Shown here: in pieces, positions 9,895 through 19,485 of the stretch
Numbering within the stretch: the stretch's first letter is position 1
How the letters are laid out: each line of letters starts with the position of its first letter
From: a bacterium
GTDB taxonomy: Bacteria; Zhuqueibacterota; Zhuqueibacteria; Oceanimicrobiales; Oceanimicrobiaceae
Length of the DNA stretch: 64,000 nucleotides
Reading direction: 5' to 3'
NCBI GenBank assembly: GCA_046757165.1
Contig: JBHHXT010000003.1
Span: forward strand, 1 to 64,000
Made by a program: the position numbers and the translations under genes
The notes under the pieces: generated by a model
What the model saw: only the letters and a program-made list of their open reading frames with translations
The model's database searches: none
What the model was told of the DNA's origin: nothing

Positions 9895-9962
9895 TTAATT
9901 CTGTTCAGCTCTTCCACTTATTCCGTGATTATGAGCACTTTATTTCATTACTGCTAACTTAG

Positions 9963-11018
9963 CTAGCAAACCACCCCGGTTTTACACCTCTTCGCCTCGT
10001 TTGCGGTCCCACGGATGGCCACCTGGGCGCCATGGCGCTTCATGGATTCCGAAGCTGCCTCGAGCACTTGCACCACCTTCAGGCCCTCCCGTCCGCATGA
10101 GAAGGGTTTGCTGCCGGACCGGATGCAGTCGATAAAATGCTGACTCTGCAATTTCAAGGGCTCGACCTGTTTGATGTGCGGAACATGCACATCGCCGTAG
10201 TGATAGGAGTAATGAAACTCAGCGAAGGTGTCGTAGTGCGGCGGCACCTCGACACGCTTGTCGAAGATTTTGATTTTCTCGTGCGGCTCCGTATCATCAT
10301 AGACGACCATTTTCTTGCTGCCCACGATCGTCATGTGGCGGATTTTGTTCGGGTCGAGCCAACTGCTGTGAATGGTGGCGTATCCGCCGTTGGGGAAATC
10401 CAGCGTAATGTTGGTCACATCCTCGATGCCAGCGGACACGTGTGCCTTGCCCTGGCAGTTCACGGTTTTGGGCAGCTCGCCGAACAAGTACAGAATGATA
10501 GACAAATCGTGTGGCGCCAGGTCCCAGGCTACGTTGATGTCCTTCTGAAACAAACCAAGATTGCGGCGCTGGGAGCTGATATAGAAAACCTCGCCCAAAG
10601 TGCCCGAGTCGACAATGGTCTTTATCTTTTGGACCGCCGGACTATAGATGAAGGTGTGGCCGACCATGAGCTGCAAATCGCGCCTGTCCGCCATCTCGAT
10701 CAGCTCCAGGCACTCTGCCACCGATGACGCCATCGGTTTTTCGATGAAGGTGTGCTTGTTCGCCAGCAGACTTTTTCGGGCATATTCAAAATGCAGATGC
10801 ACCGGCACCGCCAGCGCAATCGCATCAATTTCAGCATCTGCGACCAAGTCTTCGAAGTCGATCGTGGCTTGCACTTCAGGGTAGAGTTGTGCCATTCGTG
10901 CCAGCCGATCCGGCTCCAGATCGCAGACGTACTTCACCTGGACTTCCGGCAAGGACCTGAAATTCCGAATCAGATTCGGGCCCCAATGGCCGCACCCCAC
11001 TACTGCTACTTCAATCAT
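9963..11018 (-). CDS. Gfo/Idh/MocA family oxidoreductase
   Basis: VVGCGHWG Rossmann motif, FIEKPM, DLAPHD. Confidence 0.9.
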   Translation of the reverse strand: MIEVAVVGCGHWGPNLIRNFRSLPEVQVKYVCDLEPDRLARMAQLYPEVQATIDFEDLVADAEIDAIALAVPVHLHFEYARKSLLANKHTFIEKPMASSVAECLELIEMADRRDLQLMVGHTFIYSPAVQKIKTIVDSGTLGEVFYISSQRRNLGLFQKDINVAWDLAPHDLSIILYLFGELPKTVNCQGKAHVSAGIEDVTNITLDFPNGGYATIHSSWLDPNKIRHMTIVGSKKMVVYDDTEPHEKIKIFDKRVEVPPHYDTFAEFHYSYHYGDVHVPHIKQVEPLKLQSQHFIDCIRSGSKPFSCGREGLKVVQVLEAASESMKRHGAQVAIRGTANEAKRCKTGVVC

Positions 11019-12244
11019 GTTAGCTCCCCTTGGCTATGCGTTTTGTCCGTTCCACGAAGGGTGAGTCTCGTTTCCTTGACGACCAGTGAAATGGTTTTGA
11101 GCAAAATCTTCAAATCTAAGAAGAAGGATCGTTTGCTTGCGTATGCAATGTCCATTCGAATCATATCCTTGAAGGTCGTTTCGTTCTTGCCGCTGACTTG
11201 CCAGAGACCCGTCATGCCGGGTACGCAGTCGAACCGGCGACGCTGCCAGCGCTGGAAGTGTTGCGCTTCGTAAGGCAGACAGGGCCGGGGCCCGACCAGG
11301 CTCATGTCTCCGCGCAAAACATTGAACAGTTGTGGCAGCTCGTCCAGGCAGGTCTGGCGCAGAATTCTACCCAGGGGAAAGATGCGCGGATCCTGGCGCT
11401 GGTCCAACTTCGTCATGGGTTTGTTTTCGTCGATGAGCGCTTTGAGGTACTCGCTGTGGACCTCCTTTTCAGCCCCCGCTTGCATGGTGCGAAACTTCAG
11501 GAAGGTGAACGGTTTACCCAGGTAGCCAAGCCGTGTTTGCCTGTACAGAATCGGTCCGGCCGAGCTCAGCTTGATCAGCAGTGAAATCACCACAAAAAGC
11601 GGTGAAAACACGATCAACGCTACTGTGGCGCCAACGATATCCAGGGCGCGTTTCCACGCGGTCATGGGCTGAATCAGCAACGGTTCCAGCCGCATTTCGG
11701 AACTGGTGTGAGTGGCTAACCTGCCATTGGGCTGGTCCAAACCGCCAGCGCTGTCGCCGTCCAAGCCTGGTGGCGTTTCCGTGCTGTTCGCAGGGGGTTC
11801 GAAGGAAGTACCTCGGCCAGGCGTCCCGTCATCAAGGATGCGTGGCAGGGCCTGGTTCGGATAGGCATAGACGGTGCAGTCGGGCCTGGAAGGACATGCG
11901 CCCAATTTGTCGCAAACTTCGTCCACGAGTTTCCATGCGCCTTTGGCACAGGTTTCAGGCAGCACTACACCGACCGTGCGTTTGTTCAGCCAGCCGAGAT
12001 GGTCGGTCAACCGTGCACGCCTGGCCACAGTTTTTACAAACCGCTTCAGGTGACCATGGTTCTGTTGCAGGGAAGTGAGATCGAACACAGCAAGCGAGAA
12101 GGGCTGCTCGTTTCGATCTGCGCGCGCGCGTTCCTGGGCAAGAATGTGCAGCAGTTGATTCCGGGAATAGAGATGATATTCGTCTGAAATCGGCTGCAGA
12201 CGCCAATGTCGATGCACACCCTTTTTCAGAAGGTCGACCATCAT
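11015..12244 (-). CDS. Priming sugar transferase (Bac_transf) with N-terminal degenerate GGDEF-like domain
   Basis: KRALDI, KFRTM, LDELPQLFNVLRGDMSLVGPRP, PGMTGLWQV; N-part ERARADR...FSLAVFDL...RLTD...VVLPET; start at ATGA overlap. Confidence 0.85.
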   Translation of the reverse strand: MMVDLLKKGVHRHWRLQPISDEYHLYSRNQLLHILAQERARADRNEQPFSLAVFDLTSLQQNHGHLKRFVKTVARRARLTDHLGWLNKRTVGVVLPETCAKGAWKLVDEVCDKLGACPSRPDCTVYAYPNQALPRILDDGTPGRGTSFEPPANSTETPPGLDGDSAGGLDQPNGRLATHTSSEMRLEPLLIQPMTAWKRALDIVGATVALIVFSPLFVVISLLIKLSSAGPILYRQTRLGYLGKPFTFLKFRTMQAGAEKEVHSEYLKALIDENKPMTKLDQRQDPRIFPLGRILRQTCLDELPQLFNVLRGDMSLVGPRPCLPYEAQHFQRWQRRRFDCVPGMTGLWQVSGKNETTFKDMIRMDIAYASKRSFFLDLKILLKTISLVVKETRLTLRGTDKTHSQGELT

Positions 12245-13020
12245 AATCTCTGATAGACTCCTCGAGGTAAATAGAATCTTCGTCTGTTCAACACGCACCC
12301 CAGCAGATTCGTATTCGATCTTTGGAGCTGGTCGATGGCCGTTTCGATGATTTCGCGGCGCGTTTGGTTGGCACCCACGACCAGAATGACCCCGTCACAC
12401 AGGGTGCTGAGCGCAAGGCCCTCGGTGTAGGACACCAGCGGTGGTAAATCGAGGAAGATCCAGTCGAATTTGCTCCGGTTGGTTGCAAGCGTTTTGGCGA
12501 GCTTCGGCGTCATTTTGTCTTCTGCCAGCGGCGAACCGGCGGTGACCAGATGGAGCTCGGAATCGGAAATGCGCTGGAAGACTTTCTCAAATGGGCTTTC
12601 TCCCCGTAACGCCTCGCTCAGCCCGGGCTGTAAAGCCTTTCCGAACGTCCGGTGCAGAGAGGGATGGCGGGACTGGGTGTCGAGCATGAGCACTTTGCTT
12701 TGTTGATTGGCGAGAACGTACCCAATCATCGCCAGCAGGGTGGAGGTGCCCTCCTGCGGCTGTGCGCTGGCAAAGCCGATGATCTTTTGGCCCTCTTCGT
12801 AAGTCAGAAGTTTGATGTTCTCGGCGGTTCGCTCGATGTCGCGCAGGAAAGCTGGCGGCACTTCGAAGTTCTCCGGGGAGATCGTGTGCTCCGCGTCGGC
12901 AATGCTGTCAGCATTGGAGATTTCGGAACGGCCGGTCTCTGCTTTTTCCCAGGGGAGCAAATCGGTGTCGATCTTCCCCTCCGCTTTTGCCTTTTTCAAG
13001 ACCTCGTGAATGTTCTGCAT
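12241..13020 (-). CDS. CpsD/CapB-family BY-kinase-like protein with degenerate Walker A
   Basis: SAQPQEGTST, VLMLD, IFLDLPP, DGVILVV, LGCVLN. Confidence 0.8.
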   Translation of the reverse strand: MQNIHEVLKKAKAEGKIDTDLLPWEKAETGRSEISNADSIADAEHTISPENFEVPPAFLRDIERTAENIKLLTYEEGQKIIGFASAQPQEGTSTLLAMIGYVLANQQSKVLMLDTQSRHPSLHRTFGKALQPGLSEALRGESPFEKVFQRISDSELHLVTAGSPLAEDKMTPKLAKTLATNRSKFDWIFLDLPPLVSYTEGLALSTLCDGVILVVGANQTRREIIETAIDQLQRSNTNLLGCVLNRRRFYLPRGVYQRL

Positions 13021-13044
13021 GATGATGTTCCTCCAAGTGCTGAT

Positions 13045-14085
13045 TCAGTTCAGGATGCCCAGCTTTCTGCTGATGAACATCGCGAGCACGAACGCAACTG
13101 CAAATAGGGTAAGGATAAAAAAGAATCCGAACAGCAGGCCGGCAAGGGACGGCCGACGCATGACGAGCAATCGGCGGTCTGACAAGAACCTGAGCATCGC
13201 CTCTTCGAAGCTTTCAACGTGTACTTTCTCGCGCACCTCGTCAGCCATCCGGCGGTGGACTCTGCTGGCCGCGGGCTCCCTGTCCCTGGAAGTCTCCAGG
13301 CTTGCTTCGCACACGATTTGAGCATCGATCCGGCTGACGTTTTTGGCGTAACCCAGCAAGAGCGCGTTGTCGCAGGCGATATTGATGCGCCTGGGCACGC
13401 CGTCGCTTATCGTCTGGATTTGGGCCACAGCACCATCGGTAAAGAGCTCGCCATTTCTGAACCCGGCGACGTGAAGCCGGGTGCGAATATATTCGGCTGT
13501 CTCTTTCCGGTCGAGTCGGCTCAGGTCATATTTCAAGTTGATTCGTTCACGCAATTGTCTAAGGTTGTGGCTGTTGAGCTTGTCTCCCAACTCAGGCTGC
13601 CCGACGAGCAGAATCTGAATGAACTTCTGCTCAGTTTCCTCGAAGTTGGAGAGCAGCCGGATCTCCTCCAGAATGTTTTCTCCCAGGTTCTGTGCTTCGT
13701 CCAGAATCAAGAGCGATTTGTGACCCGCGCGGTAGCTCTCGGTCAGGAATTCTTGCAGTTTGAAGATAAGCTCGGCCATGGTGTTGTTAGCGAACGCTAT
13801 GTTGAACTCCTTGCACATGTTTTGAATCAGGCCTTTCGGACTTAGAGCTGTGTGGTAGATCTTCGCGACAGCGAACTCCTTTGGCAAGCACTCGAGCAGC
13901 GCGTTGATCAGCGTTGTCTTGCCCGTACCGACGTCTCCGGTCAACACCACGTAGCCGTACTGCTGCGTGACAGCAAGAATGATCTGGGAAAGTGCCTCTT
14001 TGTGGTTTTGGCTGTAGTACAGGAACCTCGGATTCGGAGACAGAGTAAAGGGCTTTTCCCTTATGCTATAAAAATCTAGATACAT
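13045..14085 (-). CDS. ExeA/GspA-family AAA ATPase
   Basis: MYLDFY...PF...P, GDVGTGKT, LILDEAQ, LLVGQPEL, GVPRRIN; C-terminal TM segment. Confidence 0.85.
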   Translation of the reverse strand: MYLDFYSIREKPFTLSPNPRFLYYSQNHKEALSQIILAVTQQYGYVVLTGDVGTGKTTLINALLECLPKEFAVAKIYHTALSPKGLIQNMCKEFNIAFANNTMAELIFKLQEFLTESYRAGHKSLLILDEAQNLGENILEEIRLLSNFEETEQKFIQILLVGQPELGDKLNSHNLRQLRERINLKYDLSRLDRKETAEYIRTRLHVAGFRNGELFTDGAVAQIQTISDGVPRRINIACDNALLLGYAKNVSRIDAQIVCEASLETSRDREPAASRVHRRMADEVREKVHVESFEEAMLRFLSDRRLLVMRRPSLAGLLFGFFFILTLFAVAFVLAMFISRKLGILN

Positions 14086-14150
14086 GGTCGCGAGTTTGTC
14101 CGTGTTGAGTATCCGTATTCAGCTTATTTCGCGTGCTCTTCAATTCGGGT

Positions 14151-14345
14151 CTAATTCTGCTCGGGAAAGAGTTCATAAACCGAGACTTTGAGAACCGCTG
14201 CGACTTTTTCCTTGAATTCGTCTGTGGGTTCCACCCGTCCGTTTTCAACCATAGAAAGATAAGGGGCGCTACACTTCAGTTTACTCGCCAGCTCATACTG
14301 TTTGACCCCCATTTCCCATCGTTTTATTTTGAGCCTGTTCTTCAT
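14151..14345 (-). CDS. XRE-family HTH regulator
   Basis: QYELA...SAPYLSMVENG; GGAG RBS. Confidence 0.8.
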   Translation of the reverse strand: MKNRLKIKRWEMGVKQYELASKLKCSAPYLSMVENGRVEPTDEFKEKVAAVLKVSVYELFPEQN

Positions 14346-14377
14346 GGCTCCCTTTTTGATACGTGGCGCACTCCAGG

Positions 14378-15814
14378 CTACAATTCTCTGACTGAGCCGA
14401 GTGCTGGGACACCGGTGACTTCCTCCAGCTCCTGGGGGGTGCTGACCGACCGGTCGCTGAGTTCCACCAGAAAGGCGAGGCCGAATCCCGTCATCAACCC
14501 CAGGATCATGCCTAGTGAAAGGTTCAGCACTTTGCGCGGGCGGTCCGGCTTGCTGGGCACCACGGCCGGACTGATGATTTTTATTTTGACGCCACGCTCC
14601 AACTTTGCCAGCGACAGGCGGGCTTCTTCGCGCTGTTTCAAGAGCATGGAATAGACTTCGCGCTTGTCGTCGATGCCGCGGCTGATCTGCGCCATCTCGT
14701 ACTCTTTTTGGGCAAATTCCCCCACCTCCTGGTTGATGGTGTCGATGGATTTTTGCAGCGCGTTTTCCTCGGCACGCAATGCTTTGATGGCGGTTTCCTC
14801 CTCGCGAATAATCTGGGAGATTTCGCTTTTGATCTTGTTTTTGGTGGCCGTGATATTTTTTTCCAGGTCGACGATTTCTTGATAGGTCGGCTTGAAGCGC
14901 TGTGCCAATCGGTCCCTGCGTATCTCCATATCGAGCAGCTCGCCTTTCAGTTTGGCGATGTATTTTTCACGGCTCGGGCTGTCGCTGACTTCAGTCGACG
15001 GGATGCTGACATCCTTTGCCGCCAGGTCCAATTGCTCCGTGACCACTTTTAGTTTGGCTTCCTTGCCGATTCGCTTCGTGCGCACCGAGGTTAGCGTTTT
15101 TTCAAAATCAGCGAGCTTGCTCAGGAGGATTTCTAGCTGGGTTTTGGGCGAAATCAGGTTCTCGCGGTGCTTGAATTCGGCCTGGCTCTGCTCCAGTTGG
15201 CGCAGTTTCTCATCGGCGATGCGCATCTGTTCTTCAAAGAATTGGTACGTGTCCGATTCGTCGTAGATTTCTGAACGGTAGGTCAAGTAGGTGTCGATGA
15301 CTTTGTTGGCCGTCGCTGCCGCAAAGCCGGGGTTTTTGTCCTCATAGCCAACGGAGATGACGTTGCTGTTCCTGGCGATTTCGATGCTGAGCCTTTTTTG
15401 GAACTTCTCTACCGCCTTCTTGAATTTCCTTCGATCCTTTTCGCTCAGGGTTGATTCGTCCTCAGCGTTCACTTCTGCCAGCCCCTGCTCTTTGACCACG
15501 CGTGCCGCAACCGGATAACTGTTGAGTATTTCAAGCTCGGATTTCAGCCAATCATACTTCTCGAATTGCGACGGAAAATTCATGCGGAAAAGCAACGCTT
15601 TGTCTATGTGGCTTTCCCGTTCCAACAGCATCGTGGCCGTTGCTCTGAAAACCGGCGTCAGCAGGAAGGTGACCAGAGTGACGATGACCACGACCGCAAG
15701 GAAGGCAGTGGCAATGAGGCGTTGATGCTTGAACGCAATTTCTATGAAATGCTTGAGAGAATCGCGCCGCCTGGCGAAACCACCGTTAATGACGTTGTCC
15801 TTGAGTTGCTCCAT
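14378..15814 (-). CDS. GumC/Wzz-type polysaccharide co-polymerase
   Basis: Two TM segments flanking a coiled coil; SNVISV; P-x-x-P-x-x-P before the second TM. Confidence 0.85.
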   Translation of the reverse strand: MEQLKDNVINGGFARRRDSLKHFIEIAFKHQRLIATAFLAVVVIVTLVTFLLTPVFRATATMLLERESHIDKALLFRMNFPSQFEKYDWLKSELEILNSYPVAARVVKEQGLAEVNAEDESTLSEKDRRKFKKAVEKFQKRLSIEIARNSNVISVGYEDKNPGFAAATANKVIDTYLTYRSEIYDESDTYQFFEEQMRIADEKLRQLEQSQAEFKHRENLISPKTQLEILLSKLADFEKTLTSVRTKRIGKEAKLKVVTEQLDLAAKDVSIPSTEVSDSPSREKYIAKLKGELLDMEIRRDRLAQRFKPTYQEIVDLEKNITATKNKIKSEISQIIREEETAIKALRAEENALQKSIDTINQEVGEFAQKEYEMAQISRGIDDKREVYSMLLKQREEARLSLAKLERGVKIKIISPAVVPSKPDRPRKVLNLSLGMILGLMTGFGLAFLVELSDRSVSTPQELEEVTGVPALGSVREL

Positions 15815-15901
15815 GGTTCGAAATCCTAAACTCTAAATTCGAAAAGAACTGGGCCTGCAAAAAGCCTTGCCCAGGAGTGGCAGAAGATAACTCGTCCGCG
15901 C

Positions 15902-16651
15902 CTAACGGTCATAGAATAATACAGCGCGAAGATAGAGATCGAGCGGCGGCAAAAAGCCAGAATAGACCTGCCGCATGAAATCTGAAACGCTGGCCACAAA
16001 AGTCTTGGGAACATAGACGATATCATGCGGCTGGAGATAAACGTCGTTGCCGTAAATCTCCGACTCCTGCTTCGCCTTCAGCGGCTGCCGCACGTCTACT
16101 TTGAGCGCCTCCACCTTGTCCGATTGTCCACGTCGCAGCACCATGACGCTGCCGAGCCTGGCAGAGAGTTTGGGGCCGCCGGCGGTGGCCAGGGCCTGCA
16201 AGACCGTCATATTGCGCTGAACCGCGTACCCGCCCGGCGAGGTGACTTCCCCGAGCACATAAACCTGGTAGCCGCCAAATTCGCGCACGATAACGGTCAC
16301 CTCCGGTTCGATGACAAACTCTGCGTAAGTGTGAGTAATCACACTATCCAGTTGTGCCGGGGTCATGCCGGCGACCCGCATCTCGCCAACTTTTGCCAGG
16401 CTGACCCTGCCGTCGGGCCGGACCACCAGAGTCTCGTTGAATTGCGGGTTGCGAAAGAACTTGACTTCCACCACATCGCCAAAGCCCAGACGATATTCGG
16501 GCAACACGGAGGATGTCCGGGTGGAAGCGAAGAGCGGCCCTTTTCCAGTCATCCGTGCGGGACCGGCGGTCTGGACTCCCGGATGACTGGAACACGCCCA
16601 GATGGCGAGCGAGAGGTGGAGAAACGCAGTCGCTGCATGTCTTGCTTGCAT
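15902..16651 (-). CDS. wza: Wza-type polysaccharide export lipoprotein
   Basis: Lipobox-like IWAC, YRLGFGD, VRPDGRVSL, VYVLGEV SLBB motif. Confidence 0.85.
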   Translation of the reverse strand: MQARHAATAFLHLSLAIWACSSHPGVQTAGPARMTGKGPLFASTRTSSVLPEYRLGFGDVVEVKFFRNPQFNETLVVRPDGRVSLAKVGEMRVAGMTPAQLDSVITHTYAEFVIEPEVTVIVREFGGYQVYVLGEVTSPGGYAVQRNMTVLQALATAGGPKLSARLGSVMVLRRGQSDKVEALKVDVRQPLKAKQESEIYGNDVYLQPHDIVYVPKTFVASVSDFMRQVYSGFLPPLDLYLRAVLFYDR

Positions 16652-17115
16652 CTTCAGGCTCCTCTACGGTTAGGAACTATCTTAGACAAAAACGAGTGAC
16701 TTGGCGAGTGTCTTAGAAAGATGACGCGGTCATGAGCTCGAATCTTTCTATCCAATGAACAAACTACAGAGCAGGGCAGCAAGATACGCAAAAATAATAA
16801 GTTATTAAGTACCAAAACCAAAATAACTTCCTTCCGTTGCGATTCTGATAAGGAGTTTGTCTTTTTACTTGTGCCGCTGAAGAATATGTAACTTGAACCA
16901 GAGTGGAGAACCGTTAGGAGACTATTACCTAACCTATGAGAAAATCAAATGTGAATCGACTGAACCCTTCAGCTGTTTCCTCTGAAACTTCATATTGAGA
17001 TAACGTCCTCCCGCTATCACAACCATAGTCATCTACTCAGAAAGCCAGGGGTGTGCGGAGACGAATACCCGAACAACCTTCTCTTATTACAACAAAAAAA
17101 CACTTTTGTTCCATT

Positions 17116-19485
17116 TCATTTGATTGTCTCGTACATTCGGCCTTTGCTTTGTGTTTCCTGGCTGGAGATAAGTTGCTTCAGCTCCGATTCGAATTCCTTG
17201 ATCGAAGCATGCCGTTTGTCCGGATTCTTGGAAAGGGCCTTTGCAAGGAGGTTGTTCAACTGTGCAGGGAGGTCTGACCTGACGGTGCAGACGGGCCTGG
17301 GATCGTCGACCAGGATTTTCATCCTGACCGTGGCTGCCGAGTCTGCCCGGAATGGATTGAGGGTGGTTAGACTTTCATACAGCAAGGTGGCGAGTTGAAA
17401 AATGTCGCAGCTTTGGGTAAGCTTGACTCTCTGGATCTGCTCCGGCGAGGTATAGGCGAGCACCTCGACCTCCTCGATGCGGATTTCGTCGGTGTACCAC
17501 AGTTGCAGCATCCCGCCGTCTACCAGCTTGACGTCGTTGTGCGCCATCAGGAACACGTTGTCCGGCCTGAGGTTCCGGTGCCAGACCTGGCTTTGATGGT
17601 AGGTGGCCAGGACTTTGCAAATCCGGATGAACAACTCCAGGATCTCCCCGGCAGGAAGCTGTTTTTGTTTTGACAAATGCTGCCGCAGGCTTGTGCCCTC
17701 GATATATTCCCGCACGAAGTAGAGGCAGTCCGCTTGCTCACCCGCGTCATAAATCACACTGATGTTGGGTTGGTTGATGCGGTTCAGATTTCGGATCTCT
17801 TCGTAGAACTGCTTTTTGAGGGTGGCGAACTGTTTGAACGCCGTCAGGGCCTTGGTGTGGTAGGTTTTGATGATCACCGAACGTTCCAGTTGAGGGTCGT
17901 AGCCCCGATAGGTCGCTCCGAGAGAGTTCTGTTTCAGGGTTTCGGTGATTTCGTATTTGCCGTACTGCTTGCTTCTCGACGGCTGCGTATCTTTGGCCGG
18001 CCCGTTAGTCATAACTTCATAAACAACGTGCTCGTGCGGAAAAAAGGGCAATCGAAACGCCCCCAGCCGATTCAGCTTGACCTTGCTGACTTGATTGGAG
18101 ATTTCGTCGCTAACACGGATGATGTTCCCGCTGGTTGCCGCCTTGTCTGTGCCATTGGTGTTCGGTGTCAGAGTCAGATTGTGAATCTTGAAGGCTTTCC
18201 GGATTTCGCGTATGCCCTGATGTTCCAGGTCCTGGAAGGGGATGGGGCTGCAGTGCAGGGTGGCGCGCAGCTCGATCAGCTCGAATTCTTCCACGACCTG
18301 ATTATAACGCTCGAGCTTGTCGAGAATGTCGATCGCCTCGTGCAGCATTTTTGCCGGATTGGTGCCCAGGGCAACCATGCCATCCCTGGTGGTGTACAGG
18401 GTCATGCCATGGGTTTTGACGAGGTCGTTTGAGATGAGCTGGATGAATGTTTGGAAAGGCAGCCTGGAGGTCTCAGGGCTGTGGTCGAAATTGCTGATTT
18501 CGAAGATAGCAAGGGTGTTGGTCTCACGCTCCAGTTGGGTCTTGCTGGCGTTCGGGGTCTCGTTTGCGGTGGTGCGCGAGGGCGTCTGAATTCTCTCCAG
18601 CAAGTCTCTTGTCAAACTGAAGCCGGGTTGAATTTCCAGCGGCAGGTTTGCTGTTTCGGTAACTTCGTCAATTTCCTCGATGGTTTTTTCGAGCAGAAAG
18701 AACTCGTATTCGTCATCCTGGGGTTTTGCTGATCCTCTGCGTAGGGCCAGAAACAGGTTTCTGGTGTCGAGATAGGAGTCGAATTCTCTGATCCTGGCAA
18801 TAGGCCCCTGGATATCTCTGTGTTTCAAACAATATTGTGCATAGGCTGGAGAGAGGATGAAGTACTGGCCAATTTCCTCTGCGCTCGCCTTTTTTTCAAG
18901 CAGCGTATGACAAATGGCTTCCAGGTAGAGCGCGTTCTTATTCGATTTGAGATAGAGCTCTCTGAGAATTTGCAGCGTTTCATCAAATCTCTTGTCACGC
19001 CAGGCAGTACTCAGAAACAGAGAGAGCAGCTCAGGGTTGTCGATACAGTCCAGCAGAGTTTGCCGGATTTCCGGCACCGTGATGGTCTCGGTTGTCTCCT
19101 GAAAGATCTTTTCTAACGCCGTCCGAATCTGGTCTTCAAATGGCGGTGAGAAACTCAGCGAGCGGCGGAAGACGCGCAACGCGGGTTCCGTGGTGACTTC
19201 TTTTTTCAGGAACAGCGTTGCCAGGTTCAGATGCAGATTCTCGTCATCAGGCTCGTTGTTTATCGCTTTGCCATAGACTTTGAGCGCCTCTTCGGAGGTG
19301 CACTCTGTTCTGGCGAGAGCGATGGCGTAGTTCAGCAGCAATTCCCGGTCATCGGAATGTTGGCTGACCAGTTGCCAGAACTTCTCCACGGCCTTTTCGT
19401 TTTCGCCGTTTTCCAGATAGGCCCGGGCGAGGGCCTTGACCAGCTCGACGACTTTTTTGTCTTTCAGGTGTTCAGAATTGGTCAT
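17116..19485 (-). CDS. TPR + degenerate cyclase-like domain + Ser/Thr pseudokinase (copy B)
   Basis: Kinase-like C-terminus with VIIK but HRN for HRD and DGG for DFG; paralog of 38410-40890. Confidence 0.8.
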   Translation of the reverse strand: MTNSEHLKDKKVVELVKALARAYLENGENEKAVEKFWQLVSQHSDDRELLLNYAIALARTECTSEEALKVYGKAINNEPDDENLHLNLATLFLKKEVTTEPALRVFRRSLSFSPPFEDQIRTALEKIFQETTETITVPEIRQTLLDCIDNPELLSLFLSTAWRDKRFDETLQILRELYLKSNKNALYLEAICHTLLEKKASAEEIGQYFILSPAYAQYCLKHRDIQGPIARIREFDSYLDTRNLFLALRRGSAKPQDDEYEFFLLEKTIEEIDEVTETANLPLEIQPGFSLTRDLLERIQTPSRTTANETPNASKTQLERETNTLAIFEISNFDHSPETSRLPFQTFIQLISNDLVKTHGMTLYTTRDGMVALGTNPAKMLHEAIDILDKLERYNQVVEEFELIELRATLHCSPIPFQDLEHQGIREIRKAFKIHNLTLTPNTNGTDKAATSGNIIRVSDEISNQVSKVKLNRLGAFRLPFFPHEHVVYEVMTNGPAKDTQPSRSKQYGKYEITETLKQNSLGATYRGYDPQLERSVIIKTYHTKALTAFKQFATLKKQFYEEIRNLNRINQPNISVIYDAGEQADCLYFVREYIEGTSLRQHLSKQKQLPAGEILELFIRICKVLATYHQSQVWHRNLRPDNVFLMAHNDVKLVDGGMLQLWYTDEIRIEEVEVLAYTSPEQIQRVKLTQSCDIFQLATLLYESLTTLNPFRADSAATVRMKILVDDPRPVCTVRSDLPAQLNNLLAKALSKNPDKRHASIKEFESELKQLISSQETQSKGRMYETIK

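Noticed and set aside
16652..17115. ops/JUMPStart or sigma-54 site upstream of wza
   Set aside because: AT-rich intergenic region but no convincing GGCGGTAG or GG-N10-GC match found.
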